Assembly (NCBI GenBank): GCA_038087875.1
Contig: JAXLNO010000239.1
Span: 1 to 64,000 of the forward strand
DNA length: 64,000 bases
Direction of reading: 5' to 3'
Source: Malacoraja senta
Lineage: Eukaryota
The stretch's first letter is position 1, and every line of letters starts with the position of its first letter. The position numbers and the translations under genes were made by a program. Below the pieces are notes generated by a model. It saw nothing but the letters and a program-made list of their open reading frames with translations. It did no database searches and was not told the DNA's origin. Shown one piece after another: positions 11,626-25,199 of this stretch.

Positions 11626-12213
11626 GTTCTCCACCAAACAATGGTGGAGAACTGAAACCCCAGCTGAAGGAGGATGGTTGGTGGTAATCAGGAAATGTTT
11701 TCCTGACCAAGTTTGACTTAATGCCATCATGAGACCTCAAGGAGTGTGGGAGAATTTTACAATGGTGACGGCCAGGAGAACCATTGTCTTATCTGGATTT
11801 AGTACCCAGGCCAAAAATCCCAAAACTTTAGTACTCATAGTTTTGGGGGGGTTTATCCCATGTTCTGTTTCAGTGTAGCTATTATGCTGGTGGTGAATAC
11901 TTGTTCAGCCATTTCTGAGGGTAATTAAGAGTTAACCTATTGCAATGAAACTGGCTGTGTAAGAACATCATACTTCCTCAATTAAAGGTCATTAGTAATC
12001 CAGGTGGATTTTATGACAACTTGGCATTCATCATCACTGGAACCAGTTTTTATGTTTAAAACATAATTTAAAGTTCACAGCTGCTGTGCTCTTCTGAATC
12101 ATTTGACACAGCCCTAATTATAACCTCCACCTCAGCACTGAATTGCTTTGGACGTTGCGTAAAGTTGCACTAGCTACTTCGGTTGGCACTATCTTGGTGT
12201 GGTTACCTTGTGT

Positions 12214-13251
12214 TAGCAATGTTACAAATTTTGAGATTTAAAAAATCAAGTCTGTAATTTATCCCATCAGGTAAGCATAAAAAGATGTTTAATTTGACAC
12301 CTAATTCACTTTCATATCTTCAGTATTAAAAAAATTATGGCCATTTTCATACTCGGAAATTTGCATCTTGTTCCCTATTGCTTTTCCATTGACTTAACAC
12401 AAAAGCTGTGATCAAGGACAGTCAAAAGCCCATAACGTTCTTAAAAATTAAGAGAACTGAAAGAAATTTTCAGTTATTATAGATTGAAGCATTCTGAAAC
12501 AAATATGAAACAATCTTACTTGGATGACCTGAAATTAAAGCATATAATTAATTAGTTACCTAATTGTAGCTAATTACAAAATTCAATTACTAGATCTAAA
12601 CATCTATCAATTTCATAAGAATAGATTAACATTTTTAAATAGCCTGTGTCCAAATAACATTCACACAAGAATTCACAATATAACATGATTTGTAAATCTC
12701 ATTGTCATGGATTTATAGGCCAAATGGAAGGAATTTAATGTTTAATACCTGTAAATTAATCGCCATTTAAATCATCTTGCGAGTGGGTTTTTCTGGAACG
12801 CGATCATTTGGAACGTTGATTTGCAGTGAATTTAAACCCGTATCGGCATGAAAAATACTGCCGGTTCATTCGGAGAATAAAATCACCGTTTCGCATTTTA
12901 AAATGTGAATTAAAGGTCTCTCAAGGAGCACTTTTATACATAAAATAAACTGCTTTCCTTTACCTGTCCCGTGCGTGAAATCCGTTCCCGTTGTCGGCGT
13001 TGACTGTTTTAGAAGCTGATTTTAAAATAACTCCAGCGCTGAACTTGTCGGGCGAATAATAAAAAAAAATACACAAAACGCCCGTCGGAACGATTCTTCA
13101 GCAAAAGCTTGCACTCCAACGAAATATAACCCAGGACAAGGTAGGAGAAACCCGCGTTTTACCCCCCCCCCCCCTCAAAGGCGCCAAAATCGCGCACACG
13201 GCCAGTGGCAGAATTGCAGCGCTGCTGAAGGTAAGTATTGTAACATACCTA
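12214..13251. mobile_element. Non-autonomous DNA transposon (~1.04 kb) with TAG...CTA ends and a 7-bp TSD
   Basis: Left TIR TAGCAATGTTACAA vs reverse complement of the right end TAGGTATGTTACAA (12/14). CTTGTGT at 12207-12213 and 13252-13258. Confidence 0.75.
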
Positions 13252-13399
13252 CTTGTGTGAGGTATTTTATTGCACTGTTGTTCATTGCATAGTTATTGTT
13301 GCATTGTCATGTTAATGTACCTGTAAATGCTGCAGTAAGTAAGGATTTCATTGATCCTTTCCCAGTGCATATTACAATTAAACACAAAAAACATGGATC

Positions 13400-14000
13400 A
13401 TAATCAGAATCAGAATCAGAATCGTAATTTATTACCCAAGTAAATTTTGCAACATACGAGGAATTTTATTTGCCATACAGTCACAACAAAAAAGCAACAT
13501 GACCTCAACTACATAAAAAATGGACATAAACATCCATCACAGCGGCTCCTCCCCGTTCCCCACTGTGATGGAAGGCAATAAAGTCTTATCTTCTTTCCTC
13601 CTTTTCTCCTGTGGTTGGGGGAGTCGAACTTTCCGCAGTCGGGGTGATCGAGGCTCCCGCAGCTGGCAATTGAAGCTCCCACGTCGGGGCGATCTAAGCT
13701 CCTGCGTCGGGGCGGTCGTAGCTCGGGCGGCTTGGGGCTCCCAAAGTCGGTCTCAAACCAGGGACCGCGAGCTCCGTATTGTTAAAGTCTGCAGGCTCCT
13801 CCAAGGTCGATCCCTGGCAAAGGGATCGGCAGCTCACAACGTTAAGTCCGCTGGCTCCCGTGGTTGGAGCTCCGATGTCGCGACAAGAGGCCACCAACTC
13901 CATGATGTCTGCTGCAATGCAGACAGAGATACGACATGGAAAAAGTCGCATCTCCGTCGAGGAAAGAGATTACCAATTCCCCCCCACCACCCCCCATTTA
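13400..14000 (-). mobile_element. GC-rich non-autonomous retroelement with LINE-type tail
   Basis: Minus strand ends aataaattacg(attctg)n. Shares the tgcgacttttt..gtcgtatc motif with 29327-30168. Confidence 0.6.
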
Positions 14001-15682
14001 ATAGGCGATGTTTCGCATCGGAACCCTTCTTTGGGCTGATTGGAGTAGGGGGGAGGAAGCTGGGAAAGAGAGGTGGAGTGAGGTGGGGCAAAACGTAACA
14101 AGCGAGAGGTGGATACAGATTGAGAGAGGGGGTGTGATCAGCAGATGGATGGCGTAAGTGAGCAAAGCTGGAGAAAAGGAGACAAAAGGGTGCCAGATAG
14201 GGAAAGAAGGGGAGGGAAATGTAAAGCCAGAGTAAAAGATATGAGTGGAAGGGGCCAGGTGGGACAGGAAAGCAGGGGAATAAAATGGAAATATGGGAGA
14301 TGTGCCCATGGAGGAGGGGAAATGAGCAGGGTGACTGGGGTGCTGGTGGGAGAAATGTATGCGCACAGGGGTGGGGAAGGGGCAGGGCCAGGGCCAGGGC
14401 CGGATTTACGTATAAGCTTGACAAGTTTAAGCTTAGGGCCTAGAGATCTAGGGGGGCCTTGCAGAGACAGATTTACCACTAGGCATCATAGGCTGAAGCC
14501 TAGGGTCTCGAAATCTAGGCGGCCTCCGGCCAAGGCAGGACACCTGCCGTTCAACTCTGGGTGGGCCCCCCTCTCTATCTCTCTCTCTCTGTCACTCTCC
14601 GTTTCCGCCCACCATTCGTATCCATATGGGCGGAAACTCTCCTCATCCGCCGGCACGGCAGGCCGCCTTACACATGCGCACTGCTACGGCCAGCACATAC
14701 TCCCCCCTGCACATGCGCACAACCACCGCCAGCACATCATCGGCCGCCCTGCGCATGCGCACTGCCACGGCAACTGGTCGGCGCTGGGCACTTTCTCCCT
14801 CGCTTTGAATTGTGGGAGATTTGGCCGCCATTGCTGTCCGGTCACCGCCTCGCTGCGACCGCTGAAAACCAATGCAGAATCACTCCCTGACCCTGGATCT
14901 GGAGTAACTCCCTGGAGTAACTCTTGCTTCTGGTTTCCTGGTCCTCCATAAATATTCTAAATGGAATTTAAATTGGAGGTGGTGGAGGGCTGAACAATAA
15001 CAGCCTATTGCATTTTATCTGTTTATTTATTGTGTATATATATGGTTTATGGTATATAAACACACTGAACTTTTATCTCCTGTTCTGTATTATGTTTACA
15101 TATTCTGTTGTGCTGCAGCAAGCAAGAATTTCATTGTCCTATCTGGGACACATGACAATAAAACTCTCTTGACTCTTGACTTGGACTTAAGCAAAAAAGG
15201 GTTGTTGGGGAAAAAAGAGGTCCCTTAAATTTAGTTGCGTCTGGTTGGGTAACTATGGTAGGGTGAAGACTATTCCATGCTTTAATTGTGCGGGGGAACT
15301 CCATGGAGCAGCCAGCAACTCTGGATAGATGAAATTGGGTGACGTTTCGGGTAGAGACCCTTCTTTAGATTCCCTCTGATTTTAGTGTTTTTAGTTTAAT
15401 TTAAAGATATAGCGTGGAAACAGGCTCTTTGGCCTACCGAGTCCATGCCGACCACCAATCACCCGTACAATAGTTCTATCCCACACATTAGCCGAGTAAG
15501 TCAAGAGTCAAGAGTGTTTTATTCTCTCACGTCCCAGTTAGAACAATGATATCCTTACTTGCAGCAGCACAACAGAATATGTAAACATAGTACTCTGTAA
15601 ACAATGTTATAAATGAGAAAACAAAATGGTGTATATTTATATATGAATGTATTATATAAATATATATGTGTGTGTGTGTATA

Positions 15683-16070
15683 ATACACACACACACACGC
15701 ACGCACGCACGCAAGCACGCACGCACACACGCACACACGCACACACGCACGCACGCACGCACGCACGCATGCACGCACGCACGCGCACGCACACGCACAC
15801 GCACACGCACACGCACACGCACAAAAAAAAAAAATTCCTCCTGGGATTAATAAAGTTCTATCGTATAGTATCGTGCGTGTAGTGTATTATGCACGCACGC
15901 ACGCACGCGCGGCGCGCGCACGCACACGCACACACGCACGCACGCACGCACGCACGCACCCACGCACGCATGCACGCACGCACGCACGCACGCGCGCGCA
16001 CACACACACACACAAAAAAAAATTCCTCCTGGGATTAATAAAGTTCTATCGTATAGTATCGTGCGTGTAG
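15683..16070 (+). repeat. Tandemly duplicated (GCAC/CA)n microsatellite plus Rex1-like tail
   Basis: aaaaaattcctcctgggattaataaagttctatcgtatagtatcgtgcgtgtag occurs twice, about 190 bp apart. Confidence 0.85.
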
Positions 16071-16734
16071 GAAGGAACTGCAGATGCTGGTTTAAACTGA
16101 AAATAGACACAAAAAGCTGGAGTAACTCAACAGGTTAGAATCTCTGGACAAAAGGAAAATATTATGTTTTGGGTTGGGTCTGAAATAGGTTCCTGCACAC
16201 CTTTGGAATGTGGAAGGAAACAAGAGCACCCGGAGAAAACCCATGTGATCAAAGGGAAAAGGAGCAAACTCCATACAGACAGCACCCATATTCAGGATCA
16301 ATTCCGGGTCTCTAGCACTTTTAGGCAGCAATTTTATGGCCAATGTACAGCCCCATAGTCTTGAACTAAATTTAAACATACAGTGGCTGTAAAGGGGGAC
16401 ATAGCGTCACTTGGAGATTTAAAACTGAAAAATGGATATTTTCTTTTTTTTAGTAACCAAAGTTATCAACGTATAATTTTTTGTGTGTTGGAAAACAAAA
16501 TATAGTGGCACAGCTGGTAGACTTGCTGCCTCACACGCCAGAGATCTGTGTTCGATCCTGTCCTCGGGCACTGTCTGTGTTGAATTTGCACATTCTCCCT
16601 GCAAGCGTGTGGGTTTCCTCCCACATCCCAAAGATGCATTGGCTTTGTAGGTTAACTTGTGTCTGTAAAATTGCCCCTAATGTGTAGGGAGTAGGTGAGG
16701 AAAGTGGGATAACAGAACTTGTGTGAATGAGTGG

Positions 16735-17180
16735 ACAAAAATGATGGAGAAACTCAGCGGGTGAGGCAGCATCTATGGAGTGAAGGAATAGATGATGTTT
16801 CGGGTCGAGACCCTTGTTCAGATTGATGTCGGGGGGGGGGGGTGGGGACACGAAAAAGAAAGGAAGAGGGAGAGACAGTAGGCTGTGGGAGAGCTGGGAA
16901 TGGGAGGGGAAGGAGGGAGAAAGCAAGGACTACCTGAAATTAGAGAAGCCAATGTTCATACCGCTGGGGTGTAAACTACCCAAGCAAATATGAGGTGCTG
17001 CTCCTCCAATAAGTGGTGAGCCTCACTCTGGCCATGGAGGAGGCCCAGGACAGAAAGGTCGGATTCGGAATGGGAAGGGGAGTTGAAATGTTGAGCCACT
17101 GGGAGATCAGGTTGGTTATTGCGAACTGAGTGGAGGTATTGTGTGAAGCGATCGCCAAGCCTGCGCTTGGTCTCACCGAG
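16735..17180 (-). mobile_element. Penelope-like element GIY-YIG endonuclease C-terminal part and terminal repeat
   Basis: GETKRRLGDRF..(H)L.SVR..QPDLPVAQHFNSPSHS..DLSVLGL...EEQHLIF. Confidence 0.85.
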
Positions 17181-18406
17181 GTTGATCATACGCTGAATAA
17201 TCCCACCACATTTTGTTTGGAAGTGGAAAGAAATACTAGACATTGCATTCATTGCAACGTGTAAAAAGAGTTGAGATACTGTATTATAATTTTGCTGCAT
17301 GTCATTGTGGTATAGATCATGTCTTGATTGGTGAATATGTTTAGTTTGTGACTTTATTTGAAGCAGAAATAATATGTGAATGCTTCATTGAACATAATTC
17401 CGACTGGTAACTACGCACTTCGTCCGAGCACATTATCGCACGCGTCATGCAAGCCGTTTGAAATGACCACCTAAACTGTCATTTGGCAACTTAAAAAGCT
17501 GCCAAGGTTGCCCGGCTGACAACAGAGAAAAAAAATTAAGTGAGAGCCCTGCAAGCTGTATAATATTTTTGACACTGTCATAGGCCTTTCTTACATCTGC
17601 TGTCACAACGCACTGTGGTCGCTAAACAACCCTTCAGTAATTTTCCTTGCCCTCCATTTCAGAATAATAGTGTTTTAAGCCAATAACTCGACACTAGCAC
17701 TGGCAATAAATAAATAAATTAAAAGCGCAGCTTTCCAGCCTTTATCACATTGGCCACGCTCGGCTGCAAATCGGTGTCAATCTGGTGGACCATCTTCCTC
17801 TAGTCGTGGGGGTGGGGGATTGGAGGGACCTCACAAGTGGAACAGCTTAGGGCCTCTCTTCATCTAAATCCGGCCCTGGGAAGGGGGGAGCAAGGGGAAG
17901 AGGGGCATGCAAAATGAAGTCTGGAGAGGTTCACATGAACCTCTGACTCACCTGGAAGGTCTGCTGTTAAGTTTGAAGCAGTCTGAAGAAAGGTTTAGAT
18001 TAGTTTAGGGCAGCACAGTAACACAGCAGTAGAATTCCTGCCACTTTCCTAAGACCAGCAGGTTAGTAGGTTAATTGGCTTCTGTAAATTGCCTCCTGTG
18101 TGTAGGATAAAACTAGTGTATGGGTGTTCATTAGTGGGCGTCAACCCGGTGAGCCGAAGGGATTGTTTCATAAACTAAACTAAACTAAACTAAGTCGTCT
18201 GCCTTTTCCCTCCATAGATGCTGCCTGACCCGCTGAGTTACTCCAGCACTTTGTTTATTGCTCATGATTCCAGCATCTGCAGTTCCTTGTGTCTTGAGAA
18301 TTAAATACTGTTGAAATTCACATCTTTAGGGCACTATTCCAGGTTACTAGTGGAAACGTAACCACTCTGCCACAACCTTGCTGTGGAAAGGGTCTGTCAG
18401 TGTTAC

Positions 18407-18495
18407 CGTGACTGAAGGTGCTAGGTTTGATCTTTCGATTGGCCTCGATTATCGATATTATGCAGGTTGGTGAAAATGCAGTAACATTGCAAATG
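18407..18495 (-). CDS. Candidate coding exon E (NICNVTAFSPTCIISIIEANRKIKPSTFSH)
   Basis: Acceptor ttttatttcaaattttcAG, donor GTaaca. Single open frame (phase 2 to 1). Confidence 0.45.
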
Positions 18496-18989
18496 CTGAA
18501 AATTTGAAATAAAAACAAAACTAGCCAGAAATACTGGGCATACAGTATCTAGAAACTCTGGGGGGGGGGGGGGTTTGCTCACCGCTGCCTGACATACTGA
18601 GCTTTCCAGCAGTTTTTTAAAAACATTTAAGATGGTGTGGTACTGGTTGGGACTCATACTGCCCCTGTTTTTTCTGTGTTAGTCAAAATGCAGGAAGGTT
18701 CCTTATACAGTTTAATGATTCTCTTTGGGGATATGATGAACATTGGGCAAGGACAGGATTAGATTAACAATGATAAATCAGCCTATCAATGGTCACCGTA
18801 GAAGTGAATAAACAAATAGCCACTACATACGGAGGTATTTGAAACACCTTTCATCCTTTGTCCCAAAAAGGATTCATATCTTTATTTGATGGCTTTTCCT
18901 CTTTAAATCTGCAGCTGGTGCTAGGAAGAACGCAGAACAAAGTTACTTTGGCTTCAATAAGGTCAATAGATGTGATTTTTGGATTAAAC

Positions 18990-19380
18990 AGATGACTAGA
19001 AACATACAGCACAGGAACAGACCCTTTCACCCACAATGTCAGTGCCGAACATGATGTCAACATTAACTAACCTTCTCAGCCTGCATGTGATCCATATCCC
19101 TCCATTCATTGCATATCCATGCGCCTATCTAAAAGTCTCTTAAACGCCACTATCATATCTGCCTCCACTGCCACTCCTGGCAGCACATTCCAGGCACCCA
19201 CCACAATTTGTGTAAAAAGCTTGCCCCACACATCTCCTATAAACTTTGCACCTCTTATCTCAAAGCTATGCCCTCTTGTCTTTGACACTTCCACCTTGGG
19301 AAAAGGTTCTGACTGTCTACCCTATCTAAAACTTGATATACTTCTATCAGGTCCCCCCCTCAGCCTCCAGTGTTCCAGTG
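18990..19380 (-). mobile_element. CR1 3' fragment
   Basis: TRGHSF.I....F...V....FT..VV..WN.LP motif. Confidence 0.8.
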
Positions 19381-19559
19381 AAATTGTGCTACCTAGACTG
19401 AGTTTAGTGCTCTCTTTCATAAATGGTTATAATGGCTGCGTCTGCAGCTCGCCTGCAGTCTGTCTGTCTCTTTCCCTTCTTTGTCTTATCGTTAATGTTA
19501 GATGTATGTAATAGTCTATTTTTAGGTGTGTATTATGTGGGCGGTGGTGGTGTCCTTGT

Positions 19560-20245
19560 ATCAGTCACTGAAAGTAAGCAAGCGGGCACAACAGGCAGTG
19601 AAGAAAGCAAATGGCATATTCATTGCGAGAGGATTTGAGTATAGGAGCAAGGGGGCCCTACTGCAGTTGTAGAAGGCCCTGGTGAGACCACACCTGGACT
19701 ATTGTGTGCAGTTGTGATCTCCTAATTTGAGGAAGGACATTCTTGCTATTGAGGGAGTGCAGCGTAGGTTCACCAGGTTAATTCCCTAGATGGCGGGACT
19801 GACATACGATGAAAGAATAGATCGATTGGGCTTATATTCACTGGAATTTAGAAGGATGAGAGTGGATGTTATAGAAACTTATAACATTCTTAAGGGATTG
19901 GACAGGCTAGATGCAGCAAAAATGCCCCATGTTGAGAGAGTCCAGAGCCAGGGGTTACAGTTTAAGAATAAGGGGTAGGCCATTTAGGGCTGAGATGAGA
20001 AAAACGTTTTCACTTAGAGGGTTGTGAATCTGTGGAATTTTCTGCCACAGAAGACAGTGGAGGCCAATCCACTGGATGTTTTCAAAAGAGTTGGTTATAG
20101 CTCTTAGCGCTAATGGAATCAAGGGATATGGGAAGAAAGCAGGAACGGGATATTGATTTTGGATGATCAGCCATTATCATATTGAATGACGGTGCTGGTT
20201 CGACTGGCAGAGTGGCCTACTCCTCCACCTATTTTCTATGTTTGT
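19560..20245 (+). mobile_element. CR1 3' end (RT C-terminus and 3' UTR)
   Basis: LVRPHLDYC...LRKD..EGVQRRFTRLIP.M.GLTY.ER..RLGLYSLE. Tail ggcctactcct..cctattttctatgttt. Confidence 0.9.
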
Positions 20246-21249
20246 ATGATATTTATGGACCTTTTCCAAAATAATATCTCTAATCTGTTTAAGGGAGCCA
20301 AATCAACTGAACATTTAAATTATTACATGGAATTCACAATTGGCTTTGTGCACTGTGCAGTAAAATGAAAAACAGTTTTGCTTTGAAAGTGAAAAATATT
20401 TGCTTTTTTTTCCGGGAAGCGGAAATAACAGAAAATAATTACCTATTTTAAATAAGACCTTGAAGTTACACAAGCATCTTTTATGCTCACCACCATAGAT
20501 ATGTTTTATTTTATGATAGGTTTTCAGACCTTGATGTGTCTTTTGTGCTTTTTATTATTATTTTCAGTTATGCTCTGATGTATGCTTTATTTATGTCTGC
20601 TTTATTTGCATCAAGTTAAAATATCTCCCACTTTGCTTTGCATATGAAAATATGACACTTAAATTAAAAAAAAAAAAAATTGCATTTGGGAAAGGAACTC
20701 AGATGGTATAAAGCATATGAAATGAATTAAAAAAAAATACAGCTTCCATGAATTACAATTACATATACATTACTTCATGGTCTCCTGTTCAGAATTTCTT
20801 TTTGCAGGACTTTAAAGCTCTGGAATTCCTTACTTTATTCTACCTTTTTCTTCCCTGCTACATCCCTTGTAAAACTTGTCAAACTCAAGCCTACGAGGAC
20901 CCATTCACAACATTGTTATATACTTTGGCTTCATTCATAAGTGTTTCAATTTTCACAGCATTAGCACTAGGTTCATATTAAACAGCAGTGGTTTTGTACA
21001 CTGATTACGAAGGACATCTTTGTTTACACAGTTGAATATGATCCTGCACTAAACATTTGCAAGGCATATTACACAGACCTGCTGCTAGTATACGTATTAA
21101 ATGTTCTTAGAATTAGGATGAAACTTTAGCCTGTCTAGATACATCCTGGAGATCAGAAAGCTGGAGAACAAAACTAAAACGAGTGGTCAGATTTACTTCT
21201 GGGTAGGTCTGCAATCAGGAATAGGACACAATCAGGAATAGGACACAAT

Positions 21250-22135
21250 CGGAAGGGGGCGCTGTCCTGAACGGCTGCCAGTCCTGCAGCTGTCCGTTTT
21301 TTTCACTTCTTTTTTTATTATTTTTAGTACGTTAAAGTGTGTAGTGGGGGGTCTAATCTTTTGATGTGTGGGGGGGTGATGGGGGGGAAGGGGGTAACTG
21401 CTTTTTCAAGTCCCTACCTGGTCGGAGAGGCTGCTTTCCTCCGAGCAGCACCTTCGACCTGTCCTTGCGGCCTACCAGCGGGGCCTGGAGCGGCGTTTCC
21501 TGAGGGGACCTGCCCAGAACCTCGGCTTCGGCGGCGGCACAGCGTTGGAGCGCTATCGCGGAGTGGGCGATGCCTTGTCTGGGTCGCCACGCTGGTATGC
21601 TGGGACCGCCGATTAAAAACATCGCGGAGCCACGGGTCTGTGGAGCGGCCAGCTGCGGGCGGCAGCGCTGACTTTAACATCGCGGAGCCTGGGATCTCTC
21701 GCCGAGATCGCCAGTATGTGGAGCTCCGTCCAGCTAAAACCACACCACTCCTGAATCAGGCACCTCCAGCGCGGCCTGTTGGCTTGGAAGCCGTGGTCTC
21801 CGGTAAGGAGGCGGCCGTTCCTGGCACCCCAAGCCACTGAGAGGGTTCTCCCGACGCCGGAGTACCATCACCCGGCGAGAACGGCCAGGAACATCGAGCC
21901 TCCGTAGCGGCGACTGCGGAGGCCTCAATAGGCCCGACTATGGGTGGACATGGGGATGGGGACTGGACTTTGTGCCTTCCCCCACAGTGGGAACCTGTTT
22001 TTATGTTTTAATGTTAAACTTCTTTAATGCTATGTTGTATTTTTATTAGTGTGCTGCAAGGACATCTGAATTTCCCCTGAATAAGGGGATTAATAAAGTA
22101 TTTATCATTATCATTATCATTATCATCACTATCAT
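21250..22135 (+). mobile_element. GC-rich non-autonomous retroelement with Rex1-type tail (apparently full length)
   Basis: Starts CGGAAG..gcgctgtc..cctgcag like 29327. Ends aatttcccc..aataaag(tatcat)n. Homologous to 6594-7071. Confidence 0.7.
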
Positions 22136-22876
22136 TAATTTACTACATCAATTTCCCTCCTGGGATAAATAAAGTTCTATCGTATCGTATTGTATCGTAT
22201 CGTATCATATCGTGAAGTGTTGCATTTTGTGAGGTTAAACCAGGGCAGAAATGGAAAGGCACTGGAATGTACTGCAGAACTGACAGACCTGGCATTACAA
22301 ATAAATAATTCCTTGAAAATGGTGACAGAAGTAGACAGAGTGATGATGAAAACGTTTGGCATGCTTGCCTTCAATGGTCAGGGCATCAAATACAAGAGTT
22401 GGGACATCATGTTACAACTGTACAGCACATAGATGAGACCATACTTGTAGTAGTGTGTGCAGTTCATGTCACCTAGCTATAAGAAGGGTGTAGTTAAACT
22501 GGAAATAGTGTAGAAAGGATTCACAGGAAAGCTAGATGGCATAGATTTCAGTTTTGTTTATTGTCACGTGTACCGAGATACAGTGAAAAGCTTTTGTTGC
22601 GTGCTATTCAGTCAGCAGAAAGAAAATACATGATTACAATCAAGCCATTTACAGTGTATAGATACATGATAATGGATTAACGTTTAGTGCAAGGTAAAGC
22701 CAACAAAGTCCGATCAAGGATAGTCCAAGGGTCACCAAAGAGGTAGATAGTAGTTCAGCACTGCTCTCTGGTGGTGGTAGGATGATTCTGTTGCCTGATA
22801 ACAGCTGGAAGGAAACTGTCCCTGAATCTGGAAGTTTGCTGTCCCTGATTCTGGAGATTTAAGGAGAGAGGGATAA

Positions 22877-23433
22877 AGGGCCTGTCCCACTTGGGCGACC
22901 TAATCCGCGAGTTCTGGCGAGTTTGCCCTCGACTCATACTCGCAGCATGGACGACACGAGGTCGTAGGAGATCTTCGTAACTCTCCTTCATGCTTGAGAG
23001 TGGTCTCTGCATACTCGAGGCCTCAGCTAGGTCGCGACGGTTTTTTCAATATGTTAAAAAATGCCCGCGAGTAAAAAAAGGTTGCCATGGAAAAAAATCA
23101 ATACTTTTTTTACTCGTAGGTTTAGTTGTGGTTGGTCGTAGTAGGTCGTAGTAGGTCAGCATGTTAGTTGTAGGTAATTGAGGGTAGTCGAAGGTAGTCG
23201 AAGGTAGTCGTAGATATTCATCAAAGTCGAAGGGAGGTTGAAGGAGATCAAAGGAGGTCGTCTTCACTCTCCACTATTCGGTGTCCAATTTTCCCAAAGT
23301 TCGTCGTAGCTAGTCGTAGCTAGTCGAAGCTGGTCTTCAACATAGTCGAAGGAGGTCTTCTACATAATCGAAGGAGGTCTTCAACATGTCATTTTTTCAA
23401 ACTCTTCTAAATCGCCCAAGTGCGACAGCCTCT
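22877..23433. mobile_element. PIF/Harbinger-like MITE
   Basis: TIR AGGGCCTGTCCCACTTGGGCGA / TCGCCCAAGTGCGACAGCCTCT, TWA-like flanks, inserted in a CR1 remnant. Internal sequence is the reverse complement of part of 48726-49563. Confidence 0.7.
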
Positions 23434-24940
23434 TTAGATTTAAAGGGGATCTGATGGGCAACTTTTTCACATAGAAGGTGGTGGGAATGTGGAACAACCT
23501 GCCAAAGGAAGTGGTAGAGACGGGTACAATTACAATGTTTAAAATACATTTGGACAGGCACATGGATAGGAATAGTGCGATATGGGCCAAATACAGGCAG
23601 ATAGGACTAGCTTAAGTAGCCAACTGGGTTGGCATGGACAAAGGGCCTGTTTCCATGCTGTATAACTGACTCTGTGACTACATGACTATTACACGCTGTC
23701 TTTTGTAATTATTAATGAGCTGGAGTTGGATATGCAAAGCATCATTCAAATGTTTGCAGCTGACATGTCTCTCAGAAGTACAGTAAATAATGAACAGGAT
23801 AAACATAATTTGGAAGGACAAAGGCATAATTGTAAAAGGGACAAACACAAGACTAATGAAATTTAAGGGAAAGAAGCATGAAGTAGTACATTTGGTTCAA
23901 AAGAATGAAATGGCACAATTTTAAAGTGACAAATCTGCTTATTATTATCTTGTGTACAGTGGAAAACTTGTTTTGTGTTCTATCCAGAAAAAATCATATT
24001 AGACATGCGTACAATTATACACAAGTAAAGGTGTGATCTGATTGTAGTGGGTAATAGTGGATCCTCTTCTTGGACAGCACACAAAGGATTGCCACAGTCC
24101 GGTACAATCTCATATCGTCTCAAATCTCAGTGAGGTATAGGTGGAGATGTATGGAGCATATACACATCTTTAAACAGCAGGTGCTGTATTAAATAGTAGG
24201 TGACTTTATAAATGGTGCTGAAGTACAAAAACAAGAAAGATATGTTGATTCTTTATACAACCTCACCTAGCATATTGTGTTCAATTTTGGGCACGACTGT
24301 TTAGGAAGAATATATAGGGCTTGGCATTCATGGGATGTGGATACCACTGTTCATCCACGATCACCCCAATGTGATTGGGTATTTCAAAGTCAACTAAGAG
24401 TCAACCACAGTGGAGAGGATGTTTACTGCAATGGTGGCTTGGAATGATGAGTGTGAAGGGAATGAAGAATGTGGTTGTTCTCCTTGTAGTAAAGAATATG
24501 GAGGAGTGGAGAATAAAGTTGTTCACAATGATGAATAATTTTAATAAAATAAATATTGAAAAACTGTGTGCAGGGCTGAGTGGTCTATAACAAATGGGAA
24601 TAAAGACAAAGGCTATTTTTTGATGTTGAGAGCTGTTGTGGTTGGTATGCAATTCCTGAAGGGCAGTGAAGCTACATTTAAGAAGTAATTTTAAAATGGA
24701 AATGCATAAATACTTGAAATGAAAGTTCGTTTTTGTTAGCAAAATTCAAAGCTAATTTACTTTCTCTTTTTCTTTTCCATTTCTGACAAAGGGTTTTCAT
24801 CCGGAAACATTTATTTGTTTCTCGTTCCACATATGCTGCCCATCCTACCAAGTTTTTCCTGTATTTTCAGTTTTTTATTAAATCTGGTAGTAGATTTGCC
24901 TTTCCCATTTGCCGTGGAAATATACATGTGCCTAACGTAC

Positions 24941-24972
24941 TTTTCACATATCATGACATCCGGTTCCTTTAT
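24941..24972 (-). CDS. Candidate coding exon D (IKEPDVMICE)
   Basis: Acceptor ttttcaatgtttaaacAG, donor GTacgt. Single open frame (phase 0 to 2). Confidence 0.4.
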
Positions 24973-25199
24973 CTGTTTAAACATTGAAAACATGAATCCA
25001 GTGATTCCAGTGTGGAAGCATCGTGGGGTGGAGAACTGGCACTTCCTTGTTCATTAGCAGTAAATAAATTGATTTGTGACATGCCAGAAGGATCTGTTTA
25101 ACTCCACATTGTATTCACAGGCTCCCATCTAAATTATACTTTGTTTTACATGTTGGGGTGGAATAGCAGCATTCATACTGCACAGTAAATAATATTATC

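Larger units (their letters stand above)
14383..17878. mobile_element. Composite non-autonomous hAT-like element (~3.5 kb) with nested repeat content
   Basis: 14-bp perfect TIR CAGGGCCGGATTTA (14395-14408) / TAAATCCGGCCCTG (17865-17878). 8-bp TSD GGAAGGGG (14375-14382, 17879-17886). Confidence 0.8.

Noticed and set aside
11018..11716. 232-aa ORF
   Set aside because: Runs across unique DNA and SINE copies; no recognisable domain.
14145..14951. 268-aa ORF
   Set aside because: Crosses a purine-rich Penelope remnant and the hAT-like terminus; low complexity.
15527..16110. ORFs of (VC/RA/TH)n composition, also at 48752-49103
   Set aside because: Translations of (CA)/(GCAC) microsatellites.
18914..18961. 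Possible plus-strand exon
   Set aside because: Weak donor (GTcaat) and no partner exons found.
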